Assembly (NCBI GenBank): GCA_041891055.1
Contig: CP169074.1
Coordinates: forward strand, 736,001 to 800,000
Length of the DNA stretch: 64,000 nt
Direction: 5' to 3'
Origin: Halorutilales archaeon Cl-col2-1
GTDB taxonomy: Archaea > Halobacteriota > Halobacteria > Halobacteriales > Afararchaeaceae
Positions 49,892 to 59,850 of the stretch are shown in pieces. The stretch's first letter is position 1. Every line of letters starts with the position of its first letter. The translations under genes and the position numbers were made by a program. Under the pieces are notes generated by a model. It made no database searches and was not told the origin of the DNA. It was given only the letters and a program-made list of their open reading frames with translations.

Positions 49892-50329
49892 ATGACAGAC
49901 GTATATAACGCGACGGTCGAGGTCACTGTCCCCGTCTATCCGACCGAGGTCGAGGAGAAGGTCAGAGACTGTGTCCTGAATCTGTTCCCCGATGCCGATA
50001 GCCGGACTGTCGAGACGGATGAGGGAGACGCCCCGAGTGAGATAAGAGCGACGACACACTCGGTTGAGGGTCTGAGGCAAGCCGTTGAGGAGAAGTACAT
50101 AAACGACGCCGTCAACTCCGCCCTCTCCGACAGTGTCAAAGGGAGGAAGATAGAGTTCGACCTGAGCAAGCAGGCGGCGTGTGTCGGACGTCTCAACATA
50201 GAGGTCGGCGGACACGAGCTAGGCTCCTTACACGTCGAGATTACGTCGAAGACGCCGTACGACGTCGTAGATTACATCGCTCCACGAGAGGAAGAAGACG
50301 AAAAAGACGGTCACGACACGACCGAGTAG
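49892..50329 (+). CDS. UPF0201 RNA-binding domain protein
   Basis: VYPTEVEEKV...NLFP, LSKQAA, LGSLHV; ATG 49892. Confidence 0.82.
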   Translation: MTDVYNATVEVTVPVYPTEVEEKVRDCVLNLFPDADSRTVETDEGDAPSEIRATTHSVEGLRQAVEEKYINDAVNSALSDSVKGRKIEFDLSKQAACVGRLNIEVGGHELGSLHVEITSKTPYDVVDYIAPREEEDEKDGHDTTE

Positions 50330-51819
50330 ACAACAGGGGTAACGAAGGACTCGACTGCCGACGCAAGGACGAAGACGACGAGGAGTCCGACGAGTATCGA
50401 GTAGGCAGTCGTGATCTCGTCGGCTAATTCCTCGATAGACGCTCTTCCTCGAAGGGTTCTCCAGACCTCACGTCCGAGTCGGAGTCCGAGCCCTCCCGTG
50501 ACACCGAGGGCAGGTATCTCTAAGACTCCGTGGGGAGCCAGAAGGGCTACGAGCGAGGTAAACCCAAGGGGAGCCGTCGACCCGAGCCTGACACCGAGTA
50601 TTCCTCCGATCACCGCTCCGTTGTACCACAGACTCACGAGAGTTGGGACGCCGACAGCGAGACCCGAGAAAGTCTGTGAGAAGCCGACTAGCCAGTTGTT
50701 GGCACTTATCTCGAAGAAGGTTCCGACTGGATTCCGGAACACGCGTGACGACTCCTCAGGTGGCTCCATAACGACCTCGATTCCGGCTGTCGCGTCTAAG
50801 CCGTTGACGACTCCGACGCCGAAGACACCGAGACTCACGGATACGAGTAGGGGATACGACCTTACGAAGACCGCCGTCTCGGAGAGACCGTCCCTCACCG
50901 AGTCGAGGAGACGTGTCGAGGCTGATCTCTCGACACCGACGACGGATGTCTCGCGGCTGTACGTCTCACCCGAGTAGAGGCTCGTCTTGGTGATGTCGAG
51001 GAAGGGAACTGCACCGAGCATCACTACGAGAGTAGCAACCGTAGTCGCCGAGACGAGGCTCAGAAGAGCCGATAAGCCGAAAACGACCGAGTAGACCACC
51101 ACGGCTACGATGAGATAGACAGCCGTCTCGACGGGCGCTGAGGTGACGAAGCCGAGGTTCTTCCGGAGAGCACCGACGGCATCCGCCGAGTCTACTACCA
51201 CTGCCTGTGGGGCGAATACGAAGAGGAGATGGACTCCGAGAGACGAGACGAGCCAGACGGGGACGATAAGTAACGCGGCTGGGGTGGGGAGAAGAGACAC
51301 CAAGCCTCCGAAGACAAACACGAGAAGTAGTTCTAAGCCGGCTTCGAGACAGAAGAGGAAAAAGAGACTGAGATAGTCTGAGGCTCCACCCCTGAGACCG
51401 TCCTCGACGGGCGACTCCGAGGACGTGAGAACGCCGTAAGCCGCGTTTATCTTCGCCGCCGAGACAACTGAGTTGACGAAAGCGAAGAGTACGACGCCGG
51501 CGACTAGGCTGAGTCCCAGAACAGCCGCAGACTCGGGTGTAACGAGAACAGAGAAGGTCTGGGTGAGAGAGTCAGCAGCTGTCTGGTTTAGCTCTCCGTC
51601 GGAGACTAACGTAGAGGTGTCGAATCCCTCGATTTCCGACTCGAACTCGTCTATACGTCCCTGTGACGACAGAATCAGGTATGACGCCACGATGCCTATG
51701 ACGGGAACTACACGCGCCACGACACCCGACGCCGCTGTCATCATGTAGAACGGGAGTATGTCGGATGTCGACCCCGAGAGAGCCGAGTAAGCCGACCTGA
51801 GAGAGACAGTCACTCGCAT
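50311..51819 (-). CDS. SpoIIM-domain membrane protein
   Basis: C-terminal ANNW, YNG, PHGVLEIPA, SAVESFVT; multi-TM N-terminus. Confidence 0.85.
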   Translation of the reverse strand: MRVTVSLRSAYSALSGSTSDILPFYMMTAASGVVARVVPVIGIVASYLILSSQGRIDEFESEIEGFDTSTLVSDGELNQTAADSLTQTFSVLVTPESAAVLGLSLVAGVVLFAFVNSVVSAAKINAAYGVLTSSESPVEDGLRGGASDYLSLFFLFCLEAGLELLLVFVFGGLVSLLPTPAALLIVPVWLVSSLGVHLLFVFAPQAVVVDSADAVGALRKNLGFVTSAPVETAVYLIVAVVVYSVVFGLSALLSLVSATTVATLVVMLGAVPFLDITKTSLYSGETYSRETSVVGVERSASTRLLDSVRDGLSETAVFVRSYPLLVSVSLGVFGVGVVNGLDATAGIEVVMEPPEESSRVFRNPVGTFFEISANNWLVGFSQTFSGLAVGVPTLVSLWYNGAVIGGILGVRLGSTAPLGFTSLVALLAPHGVLEIPALGVTGGLGLRLGREVWRTLRGRASIEELADEITTAYSILVGLLVVFVLASAVESFVTPVVYSVVS

Positions 51820-51876
51820 ACTACAATAACTGGAGGTTCGTCACATTAACTTAAGCATAAGCTGTCTCTAACGGGT

Positions 51877-52314
51877 ATGGGAACCGATGACCTGAGATGT
51901 CTCTCAGTCGACGGTGTCGTGGTATTCGACGGCGACCGTGTGGCTCTCATGAAGAGGAACCATCCGCCGCACGAGGGCGACTGGGTTCTCCCCGGCGGCA
52001 TGGTCGAGAGAGACGAGACGGCACGGGAGGCTTGTGAGAGGGAGGTCGAGGAGGAGATAGATATCGAGGTCGAGTCTGAGAAGTTCGTGGGACTCTACGA
52101 CGACCCCGAAAGAGACGAGAGAGGGAACGTCTCTGCGGCGTACGTCTGCCGTCCACTCGACAGGGACGCAGAGCCTAGACCCAAGGAGGAAGCGACAGAG
52201 GTCAAGACGGTCGAAGTAGAAGAGGCTTCGAGTCTCTCTCTCGGATTCGACCACGCCGAGATACTCTCGGACGCCTCTGAGATTGTCTCGGAGACGGAGA
52301 CAGACCCGAGATAG
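51877..52314 (+). CDS. NUDIX hydrolase
   Basis: WVLPGGMVERDETAREACEREVEEE, DPERDER, FDH. Confidence 0.92.
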   Translation: MGTDDLRCLSVDGVVVFDGDRVALMKRNHPPHEGDWVLPGGMVERDETAREACEREVEEEIDIEVESEKFVGLYDDPERDERGNVSAAYVCRPLDRDAEPRPKEEATEVKTVEVEEASSLSLGFDHAEILSDASEIVSETETDPR

Positions 52315-52361
52315 TTAGGGATATATGTCCAACCCCGATAGGGACATACGAGAAAAACAAA

Positions 52362-53936
52362 ATGGACGCTGGCTGGGAGACCTTCTTCGAGAGCGTGCCC
52401 GACGCTATGGTGCTCATAGATGAGGACGGTGTAATACGTGAGATCAACTCGTCAGCCGAGGAGATGTTCGGGTACGGGACGGACGAGTTAGTGGGGGAGA
52501 AAGTGGAGAGGCTGGTTCCCGAGTCGCAGAGGGAGGAACACGTCGGTCTGAGAGACGAGTACATAGAAGAGCCACAGACACGTCCCATGGGTACGGGTCT
52601 GAGTATCTTCGGTGTCACGAAACACGGAGACGAGATACCCATAGATATCGCTCTCAGCCCTGTCGAGACAGACGACGACTTCCGTGTTATGGCGGCGATA
52701 AGGGACAGGAGCCGTATCAAACGCCTGGAAGACGAGGTGAGGAAGAACGAGAGAAGTCTCAGGTCTCTACACGCGTACGCCTCCGACTTCGACCTCAGCC
52801 TCGACGACAAGATACACGAGGTTCTACGTATAGGTTCGGAGAGACTCGGCATGTCTGAGGCGTATCTCACGTCCGTCGAGATCGAAGGAAGAACAGTCGG
52901 AAAGTCGTCCTCCGACGGCGACCACGACGCGCTACTGTGTGAGGGACTCCGCGACGGCGTCGAGGTCGTAGCACACGAAGGTGACAGCGATGAAATATAC
53001 GAGGGACGTCGTCTTCCGCTCTCAGGAACATACTGTAAGAGGCTACTGGAGACAGACGACGACTTCCTCGGTGTGGAAGATATTCCCGAGGAGTGGGGCG
53101 AGGACAGCATGGCTTACTCAAAGCTGGGTCTCAGGAGTTACATAGGCACGGAGGTCAAGGTCAGAGACCGTCTCTACGGGACTCTGTGTTTCGGAGACCC
53201 GGAACCGGGAGACGAGATAAACGACTCCGAGAGATCCTTCGTGCGTCTGCTTTCGAGATGGCTTGGCTACGAGATAGAGAGGAACGAGCGCGAGAAACAG
53301 ATCAAGATATTCGACAGGGTTCTGAGACACAATCTCCGGAACAAGATGAACGTCATACTTGGATACGCCGATGTCATCGAACAGAAAGCCCCGGAGGAAG
53401 TCGAGGACGAGGTTCACGAGATTATCAGAACCGGTGAGAGTATTCTATCGACGAGCGAGAAGGCAAGGGAGCTAAGTGAGACCATACTCGGGGAAGAGTC
53501 AGCGACCCAGACCGTAGATGTCTCCGGAACAGTCGAGAGTGCGGTCGAGGAAACTGACGAGAGGTACGACGCCGAGATAAAGACCGAGATACAGCCCGAC
53601 GTGACCGCAGTCGCCGATCCCGACATAGACAAGGCTGTCTCGGAGGTGATACAGAACGCCGTGGTGCACAACGACGGTGATCCCGAGGTCGAAGTCAGAG
53701 TCGATACCTACGGTGAGACAGCCGAAATAGAGATCTCGGACAACGGCGAGGGAATACCCGACGACGAGGTTGAGGTTCTAACGGGTGAGAGGGAGATACA
53801 GTCGCTCTACCACGGAAGCGGTCTCGGGCTCTGGCTCGTCCACTGGATAGTCAGGAAGTCACGCGGTGAGATAGAGTTCAACACAGACGACGGAACCACG
53901 ATACGTATGAGGCTAGAGGCGAAGTCGGAGACCTAG
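52362..53936 (+). CDS. PAS-GAF sensor histidine kinase
   Basis: PAS with RPMG (FixL-like), GAF (TYC...SYIG...YGTLCF), RHNLRN, HGSGLGL. Confidence 0.9.
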   Translation: MDAGWETFFESVPDAMVLIDEDGVIREINSSAEEMFGYGTDELVGEKVERLVPESQREEHVGLRDEYIEEPQTRPMGTGLSIFGVTKHGDEIPIDIALSPVETDDDFRVMAAIRDRSRIKRLEDEVRKNERSLRSLHAYASDFDLSLDDKIHEVLRIGSERLGMSEAYLTSVEIEGRTVGKSSSDGDHDALLCEGLRDGVEVVAHEGDSDEIYEGRRLPLSGTYCKRLLETDDDFLGVEDIPEEWGEDSMAYSKLGLRSYIGTEVKVRDRLYGTLCFGDPEPGDEINDSERSFVRLLSRWLGYEIERNEREKQIKIFDRVLRHNLRNKMNVILGYADVIEQKAPEEVEDEVHEIIRTGESILSTSEKARELSETILGEESATQTVDVSGTVESAVEETDERYDAEIKTEIQPDVTAVADPDIDKAVSEVIQNAVVHNDGDPEVEVRVDTYGETAEIEISDNGEGIPDDEVEVLTGEREIQSLYHGSGLGLWLVHWIVRKSRGEIEFNTDDGTTIRMRLEAKSET

Positions 53937-55543
53937 AGATACCTGCCGCGCTCCTCTATCTCGTCGACCTGTCGGTGTACCTTGTCGGAGTCGTCCCACG
54001 TATTCGAGTACCCCGACCAGAAGGCGTCCATGATTTCGTCTGAGTCTGAGACGGTGCCTTCGAGAGTACGTCTCAGGACGTGGACGTCCATGCCGAAGTC
54101 CTCGGTGTCGCGTGTCGCGTACGACAGTCCAAAGTCTATGAGATAGATACGTCCGTCGGAGGACCTCACCATGTTACGTGTCGTGGGATCGCCGTGTGCG
54201 ATTCCCGACGAGTGGAGACACGCGAGATGACGCCCTATTTCCTCGGCGTCTTCGGGGTCTATCTCGGAGTCAGAGAGGTCAGATGCGTCGGTTCCTATCC
54301 GCTCGGAACGGAGTTCGAAGCCGTGACTGTCGACATCTAAGACCGCGGGTGTCGGAACCCCCGCCTTCCGTGCCTCCGAGGTGAGACGTGCCTCCGAGAC
54401 AGTCCTCTTTCTCCTTAGTTCGGCGTCGAGACTCGGGCTTCTGTAGGACTTCGGGAGTCTCGTCTTGGTGACCTCAGACTCGTCGAACTTGACGACCGCC
54501 TCGGCACCGTGTATCATGCTGTCATCTCGTCTGGCCTCCTTGACTCCGTCCCTCCAGACGACATCGACCTCGTCGGGTCTCCAGTCGGGCTTGACGTGGC
54601 TATCCTTTACATCGACCGTCTCGCCCGCTTGGTACATCATATATCCGAGTACTGCGATCATACCCGCGTTGTCGGAGAGATACTCGGGTTCGGGCGACTG
54701 GAACTCCGCGCCTCTCTCGTCACACATCTCTTCGAGCATCTCCCTGAGACGTGAGTTACGCGAGACGCCTCCTCCGACCACAAGCGTATCCTTCCCCGTG
54801 AGAGCGAGAGCGCGTTCACAGACCTCTGTGAGCATGCCGAAGACGTTCTCCTGTACCGAGTAGGCGAGCCTCTCGACTTCGACTCCGTCGTCGTACTTCT
54901 TCTGTGCAGCATTTATTATCCCCGAGAAAGAGAAGTCCATTCCCTTGACTGTGTAGGGGAGCTCAACGTACTCCGAGTCGTCAACCGACGACGCGAGTTC
55001 CTCTATCTTGGGTCCTCCGGGATGGGAGAGACCGACGTGGCGACCGAACTTGTCGAGCGAGTTGCCGACGCCGGTGTCCATAGTCTCTCCGAGTATACGG
55101 TAACGTCCGTTTCTGTAGGTCGTCACCATAGTGTTCGCGCCCGCGGCGTCGAGTGCCACGGGGTCTTCGAAGCCCGACGAGAACCTTCCCATCTCTATAT
55201 GTGCGACTGTGTGGTTGACTCCTACGAGAGGAACGTCAAGTCTGAGCGAGAGTGCGCGTGCGGCGGTCGCCGTGACTCTGAGGCAGGGTCCCAAGCCTGG
55301 ACCACGTGAGAAGGCGACGGCGTCTATACTGTCCTCGGAGACGTCTTCGAGTGCCTCGTCTATCACGCCGGGGATAGCCGACGAGATGTGTTCGCTCGCC
55401 TCTCTCGGATGTATGCCTCCCTCATCGGGGACATACGGGTCGGTCACGAGGCTGAGTACGTCTCCGTCCCCGTCCCCAGCCTCGGAGTCGAAGACCGCCG
55501 CACTCGCGTTCCACGCCGTACCCTCTATGCCTACGATCCTCAT
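53933..55543 (-). CDS. kae1: Bifunctional Kae1-Bud32 (KEOPS, t6A synthesis)
   Basis: GIEGTA, GGIHPRE, VNHTVAH, DNAGMIA; Bud32 GAEA, HGDPTTRN, IDFGL. Confidence 0.96.
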   Translation of the reverse strand: MRIVGIEGTAWNASAAVFDSEAGDGDGDVLSLVTDPYVPDEGGIHPREASEHISSAIPGVIDEALEDVSEDSIDAVAFSRGPGLGPCLRVTATAARALSLRLDVPLVGVNHTVAHIEMGRFSSGFEDPVALDAAGANTMVTTYRNGRYRILGETMDTGVGNSLDKFGRHVGLSHPGGPKIEELASSVDDSEYVELPYTVKGMDFSFSGIINAAQKKYDDGVEVERLAYSVQENVFGMLTEVCERALALTGKDTLVVGGGVSRNSRLREMLEEMCDERGAEFQSPEPEYLSDNAGMIAVLGYMMYQAGETVDVKDSHVKPDWRPDEVDVVWRDGVKEARRDDSMIHGAEAVVKFDESEVTKTRLPKSYRSPSLDAELRRKRTVSEARLTSEARKAGVPTPAVLDVDSHGFELRSERIGTDASDLSDSEIDPEDAEEIGRHLACLHSSGIAHGDPTTRNMVRSSDGRIYLIDFGLSYATRDTEDFGMDVHVLRRTLEGTVSDSDEIMDAFWSGYSNTWDDSDKVHRQVDEIEERGRYL

Positions 55544-55570
55544 TAATTAGAATAGAAGTACAGAGACTGT

Positions 55571-55717
55571 CTACTCGAACTCGGTGTATCCGCATCTGCC
55601 ACAGTGTTTCCTGTCGCCGTGGTCGGCAAGGAAGGTGTCGCCGCATCTCGGGCAGTTCTCCTTCGTCTCCTCGACGCCGTCGTCTGTGACGTCGTAGTAG
55701 TCGTGTCTCTGTGTCAT
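55571..55717 (-). CDS. rps27ae: 30S ribosomal protein S27ae
   Basis: Below the track cutoff: MTQRHDYY...[27 protein letters not shown]. Confidence 0.95.
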   Translation of the reverse strand: MTQRHDYYDVTDDGVEETKENCPRCGDTFLADHGDRKHCGRCGYTEFE

Positions 55718-55718
55718 A

Positions 55719-56027
55719 CTACGCTTCCGCCTCCTCCTCGCCTTCCTCGGCTCCTATCTTGTTACGTTCGAGCATGTACTCCTCCTCGACCTCGCGCGCC
55801 GCCTCGGCGGAGTCATAGACCTTGGCGTAGCCGACAGTCTCGTTGATGCCTCTCTTCGTCTTCATGCTGTGGACGACGACCTCATCACTCGACTTTCCGA
55901 GCTTCGCCGTGAGAGAGTCACGTACTGCGAGCCTCGAAGGCGTCTCCTCGTCGTGTACTATGCTGAACTCTATCTCCTTCCTGTCAAGGAGACTGTTTTC
56001 CTCCTCGTCGGTGATATCTATCTGCAT
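55719..56027 (-). CDS. rps24e: 30S ribosomal protein S24e
   Basis: [23 protein letters not shown]. Confidence 0.95.
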   Translation of the reverse strand: MQIDITDEEENSLLDRKEIEFSIVHDEETPSRLAVRDSLTAKLGKSSDEVVVHSMKTKRGINETVGYAKVYDSAEAAREVEEEYMLERNKIGAEEGEEEAEA

Positions 56028-56109
56028 ATTTAGTTAAAAGTGAGTACGTCGCTTAAGAATTACGAAGGACGCAGGGAATGAGAGATTCCCATTGGAGAAG
56101 CCATATCAA

Positions 56110-56388
56110 TCAGTCAGCGGTATACGCCCCGCCGCGGCGCTTAATCCGAGCGACGACTAAGCGGGATTCGTCCTGCTGAAAAGACACAGACAGCCGGTAC
56201 TGACCGACTCGTATCTTCTTGTGAGGGCTATTCTGGAGAGGCTCGCCGTAGTCCGGAGGATCACGCCACGGTGAGTCTACTATCTCGTCGAGTTTGTCGA
56301 GGATCTGGTCTTGGTCTTTAGCTTCGAGATCCCCGAGGTCGTCTTGGGCTTTCTTAGAGAGCTCCCACGTCCAACCGCTGTCACTCAT
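56110..56388 (-). CDS. RelE/ParE family toxin
   Basis: WELSKKAQDDL...PL...KIRVGQYR...IKRR; ATG 56388 overlaps the antitoxin stop. Confidence 0.88.
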   Translation of the reverse strand: MSDSGWTWELSKKAQDDLGDLEAKDQDQILDKLDEIVDSPWRDPPDYGEPLQNSPHKKIRVGQYRLSVSFQQDESRLVVARIKRRGGAYTAD

Positions 56389-56671
56389 CCTCGTCTTGTG
56401 AGTCTGTGTCTGTACCGAAGTTCTGACGTGCTTCATCGGATCCCATAGTCTCTCCCTCACGTACGTCTTCCTCGGCTTGTAGAAGGGCTATAAGCTCGTC
56501 CCTGTCGAAAGTCGGATTTTCGACTGCATCTCTAAGTGTGTACCGTATGAACTCACTACGGCTGTTGAAGCCCCGTCCCTGCCATGCTTCGTCTACCTCG
56601 TCGAGAAACGACTGAGTAGTCTTGAAGTTGACAGTGACTATCTCATCATCTTCCGTAGTTGCTTTAGACAT
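56381..56671 (-). CDS. Ribbon-helix-helix (CopG) antitoxin
   Basis: VTVNFK...GFNSRSEFIRYTLRDAV, acidic C-terminus. Confidence 0.88.
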   Translation of the reverse strand: MSKATTEDDEIVTVNFKTTQSFLDEVDEAWQGRGFNSRSEFIRYTLRDAVENPTFDRDELIALLQAEEDVREGETMGSDEARQNFGTDTDSQDEDE

Positions 56672-56781
56672 ATTATAGTAATACGTGCGTCTTACTGATA
56701 GTAAAACCTGTTCCCTGTCCTAGAAATCTCGGCTACTACTGATTAAGTCAGCCGCCTGCGGAGAAGGACAATGACAAGACC

Positions 56782-57333
56782 TCAGGCGAGTTCGAGGAGT
56801 GACTCCATCTCGTCTGTGTCCTCGATATCCATACGTCTCATGAGAGAGACAGCCTCGTCTTTCTTCTCCTCGGTGACATCGACGAATACCATGCCCTCTC
56901 CGGGCTGTCCGTAGACTACGGTGTCTCCGATGTCTGCCTTGGCTATCACCGGGAGCGTGGCGAGATCCTCCTCGCCGTCGACGTCGACACGGATAGCGCC
57001 GTCGGATTCGAGTCCCTCACACAGACCGTTTAGGAGATCGCGCGTGACGGTTCCCGCGGGGTTCTCGACTTCTAACGAGTTGGGGATTTCGAGCCACTTC
57101 TCGACGATCTCTTCGTCGACCTCGTGTCTCTCGGTCATTCCGTCGACTACAGAGACGTCGGGGAGTATCCCCTCGACTAAGAAGTGGTAGGTGACTATGT
57201 CGCCGACAGTTATGAACCTCGGGTCTCGGTCTCCGTCTCTACCCTCGACAGCCTCGTCTATCCCCGTGTAGACAGGACCGAGGGGCTCTTTTAGCTCAGA
57301 TCTCAGATCCTTCGGAAGCTCTATGAGTGGCAT
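56782..57333 (-). CDS. GTP-dependent dephospho-CoA kinase (DUF359)
   Basis: LKEPLG, TVGD, VDG, NPAG, GEEDL, YGQPGEG. Confidence 0.92.
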   Translation of the reverse strand: MPLIELPKDLRSELKEPLGPVYTGIDEAVEGRDGDRDPRFITVGDIVTYHFLVEGILPDVSVVDGMTERHEVDEEIVEKWLEIPNSLEVENPAGTVTRDLLNGLCEGLESDGAIRVDVDGEEDLATLPVIAKADIGDTVVYGQPGEGMVFVDVTEEKKDEAVSLMRRMDIEDTDEMESLLELA

Positions 57334-57334
57334 C

Positions 57335-57523
57335 TTAACGAACCTTAAGGGCGAACTTCCCCTTCATGTCTACGTCCATCTTGTCGGCTATCTCGCTCTT
57401 CTCGGGGTCTGTGATTACGACGTATCCCGACCAGTCCTCGCTCAGGTTGGTCGACATACAGACGGGGCACTCGTCTCCCTCTACGACCCTGTGACACTCA
57501 CGGCAGACCATTACTTCCGACAT
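57335..57523 (-). CDS. spt4: Transcription elongation factor Spt4 (RpoE2)
   Basis: CRECH...CPVC...SEDWSG...FALKVR. Confidence 0.95.
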   Translation of the reverse strand: MSEVMVCRECHRVVEGDECPVCMSTNLSEDWSGYVVITDPEKSEIADKMDVDMKGKFALKVR

Positions 57524-58107
57524 TACTGATCAGGAGTCTGTGTCTCGGCATCTGTCTCGGAGGCGTCCCTCTCTGCGTGGAGCCATCCGTGTTTTCCGAG
57601 AGCGACCTGTCGCGCTGTGAGTCCTATCTTCGACTCACGCGGGTTTCTCTCGTCTATCGATACTGCGACTATACGTACACGTATAGGGTCGTCGACTCCG
57701 AGCGCCTGGTTCGACTCGTTCGAGACGAGCCTCTGGTTCGACTCGTCGTACGAGTAGTAGTCCTCGCTTATCTGAGAGACGTGGAGGAGACCGTCTATGG
57801 GCCCTATGCCGACGAAGGCACCGAAGCTGACGACTTCTGTGACCTTTCCGTCGACGACCTCCTGCATCGTGGGATCGAAAACGAGAGCATCGAATGTCGC
57901 CTCGTAGAAGACCCCGGCTTCGTTGTAGAGTATATGCCCCTCTCCGACGTCCTCGACTTCCGTGACTGCAACTATCGAACCAAGATCCTCGTCCATCCTT
58001 CCTTCGAGCTTGTCCTGAAGAAGCTCAAGTATGAGCTCCGTGTCTACGTCTCCGAGCCTCTCAGGAGGCACTCTTACCGTGTCAACGAGTCTGACGCGTT
58101 TGTACAT
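57523..58107 (-). CDS. rpoE1: RNA polymerase subunit E' (Rpo7)
   Basis: DTVRVPP, FGAFVGIGPIDGLLHVSQI, KIGLT. Confidence 0.96.
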   Translation of the reverse strand: MYKRVRLVDTVRVPPERLGDVDTELILELLQDKLEGRMDEDLGSIVAVTEVEDVGEGHILYNEAGVFYEATFDALVFDPTMQEVVDGKVTEVVSFGAFVGIGPIDGLLHVSQISEDYYSYDESNQRLVSNESNQALGVDDPIRVRIVAVSIDERNPRESKIGLTARQVALGKHGWLHAERDASETDAETQTPDQ

Positions 58108-58113
58108 TGTTTC

Positions 58114-58554
58114 TTATGGATACCTTATCTGAAGATGACTCCCCTGTCTGAGACGTACCACGCGAACACCCACATCGAGGAGCCTGTCTATAAGCTCTCT
58201 GTCGTTCGTAACTACCGCCGATACCTCGTCGGAGTTCTCCGCTATCTCGACTATGACGTCATCAGTCTTACGTCCCTCGGTCTCGTGTTCTACGACCTCA
58301 CATCTCTCGTTGGCGATTTCGAGACCCATCTCGGCGTCTGTGTCTGAGGTCGCGAGACTCTTGAGTTCGTTCACGACGCCTCTCGGCACCACCGCGACGT
58401 AGCCCCCGACGAGCCTCTCGACCTCGTCGAAGACATCGACTCCGAACTGTGATGGTACCATCAATGCGTTCGTGTCAAAAATCACTTTCTGTCTCCCGGT
58501 GTCCTCATCCTTGTCTTTGTCCCGATCCTCGTCTTGGTCAGAGACGCTTCCCAT
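58114..58554 (-). CDS. PIN domain protein (Fcf1/Utp24-like)
   Basis: FDTNALM, VNEL, TDD, VTND. Confidence 0.9.
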   Translation of the reverse strand: MGSVSDQDEDRDKDKDEDTGRQKVIFDTNALMVPSQFGVDVFDEVERLVGGYVAVVPRGVVNELKSLATSDTDAEMGLEIANERCEVVEHETEGRKTDDVIVEIAENSDEVSAVVTNDRELIDRLLDVGVRVVRLRQGSHLQIRYP

Positions 58555-58563
58555 TCGATCACT

Positions 58564-59769
58564 TTACTTTAGGACTCCGACACCTATGAGACGCCATCTC
58601 GTCCCCATGCGTCGGTTTATCGCCATACGGCTTCCCTGCTTCGCACAGACGGGACGTTTGAGCTTGACCTCAGCCTCGTCGCCCCTCGCGCTCGTGACTG
58701 TCCCGACTGTCGTCGCCGTCCCGACCGAGATCATGAGAGGCTCTCCCGTGTTGATGGGTTCGACCTTCTTGCCCTCGTCCATTCCGACGACACGGTCGAG
58801 GAGGTCAACCTCCATCGTGAACTCGTCGACGACAGGAGGTAACTCGTCGGGGTCTCCCGCTATCTGACCCGCGAGTGAGTCACCCTTAGTGAGCGAGGGG
58901 TCGAGTCCCGTGCCGACACCTATGAGACCTCCGGGTGTTACCTTCTCGACGGGCTCCTCTCCCGCCATTAACGAACGTATCTCGGTCTGTATCGGCTGCC
59001 AGTCTCCGTCACGTTCGACACCGGGACGTACCTCTATCTCGTCTCCCTCCTCGAAGACTCCGCTCGCGAGTGAACCTCCTATGACACCACCTCTGAGACT
59101 GTCGGGCGGCGTTCCGGGTCTGTTGACGTCGAACGAACGCGCGACGAGCATATGAGGTGGGGCGTCGGGGTCACGGTCGGGAGTCGGAATCTCTTCCTGA
59201 ATCGCCTCTATGAGAAGGTCTATGTTGACGTTCTGTTCGGCGCTCACCGGGACGATAGGAGCGTCCTCCGCGACGGTTCCCTCGACGAACTCCTTTATCT
59301 CGTCGTGGCTCTCGACCGCCTCGTCACGTGAGACGAGGTCTATCTTGTTCTGTGCTATGACGATGTTTTCTATACCGATGATGTCGAGAGCCATCAGATG
59401 CTCCTTCGTCTGTGGCTGTGGACATTCATCGTTTGCGCTTATGACGAGAACGGCTCCGTCCATCAGCGATGCGCCCGCGAGCATCGTCGCCATGAGTGTC
59501 TCGTGCCCCGGGGAGTCGACAAACGAGACCTCTCTGAGAACCTCGCTCTCACTCCCATCGGGACATGTCTCCTCTACCGTGTACGACTCGGGAGGATCGA
59601 GATCAGGACAGTTGCGGAAGGTGGCATCAGCGTATCCTAGACGGATAGAGATGCCTCTCTCCATCTCCTCTGAGTGTTCGTCCGTCCATTTACCGCTCAG
59701 AGCCTGGACGAGAGTAGTCTTGCCGTGGTCGACGTGTCCGACGAGTCCTATATTTACTTCTGGTTGCAA
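58564..59769 (-). CDS. eif2g: Translation initiation factor 2 subunit gamma
   Basis: [41 protein letters not shown]; TTG start. Confidence 0.97.
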   Translation of the reverse strand: MQPEVNIGLVGHVDHGKTTLVQALSGKWTDEHSEEMERGISIRLGYADATFRNCPDLDPPESYTVEETCPDGSESEVLREVSFVDSPGHETLMATMLAGASLMDGAVLVISANDECPQPQTKEHLMALDIIGIENIVIAQNKIDLVSRDEAVESHDEIKEFVEGTVAEDAPIVPVSAEQNVNIDLLIEAIQEEIPTPDRDPDAPPHMLVARSFDVNRPGTPPDSLRGGVIGGSLASGVFEEGDEIEVRPGVERDGDWQPIQTEIRSLMAGEEPVEKVTPGGLIGVGTGLDPSLTKGDSLAGQIAGDPDELPPVVDEFTMEVDLLDRVVGMDEGKKVEPINTGEPLMISVGTATTVGTVTSARGDEAEVKLKRPVCAKQGSRMAINRRMGTRWRLIGVGVLK

Positions 59770-59850
59770 CTGTTTTATCCTCCGGAAAGGAATCCGTACT
59801 TATATACTTGGAGACGGTTATTAAAGCTTCTCAAAACAGATATTAGGGTG

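Noticed and set aside
47010-50329. RNA ligase neighbourhood as an RNA repair or defence system
   Set aside because: Rnl3 and UPF0201 are widespread archaeal housekeeping genes; no Pnkp, Hen1, RtcB or nuclease partner is adjacent
53933-55543. Kae1-Bud32 fusion as a novelty
   Set aside because: Well-known fusion in haloarchaea and methanogens
58114-58554. PIN protein as a VapC toxin
   Set aside because: Occupies the conserved position between eif2g and rpoE1 with no antitoxin
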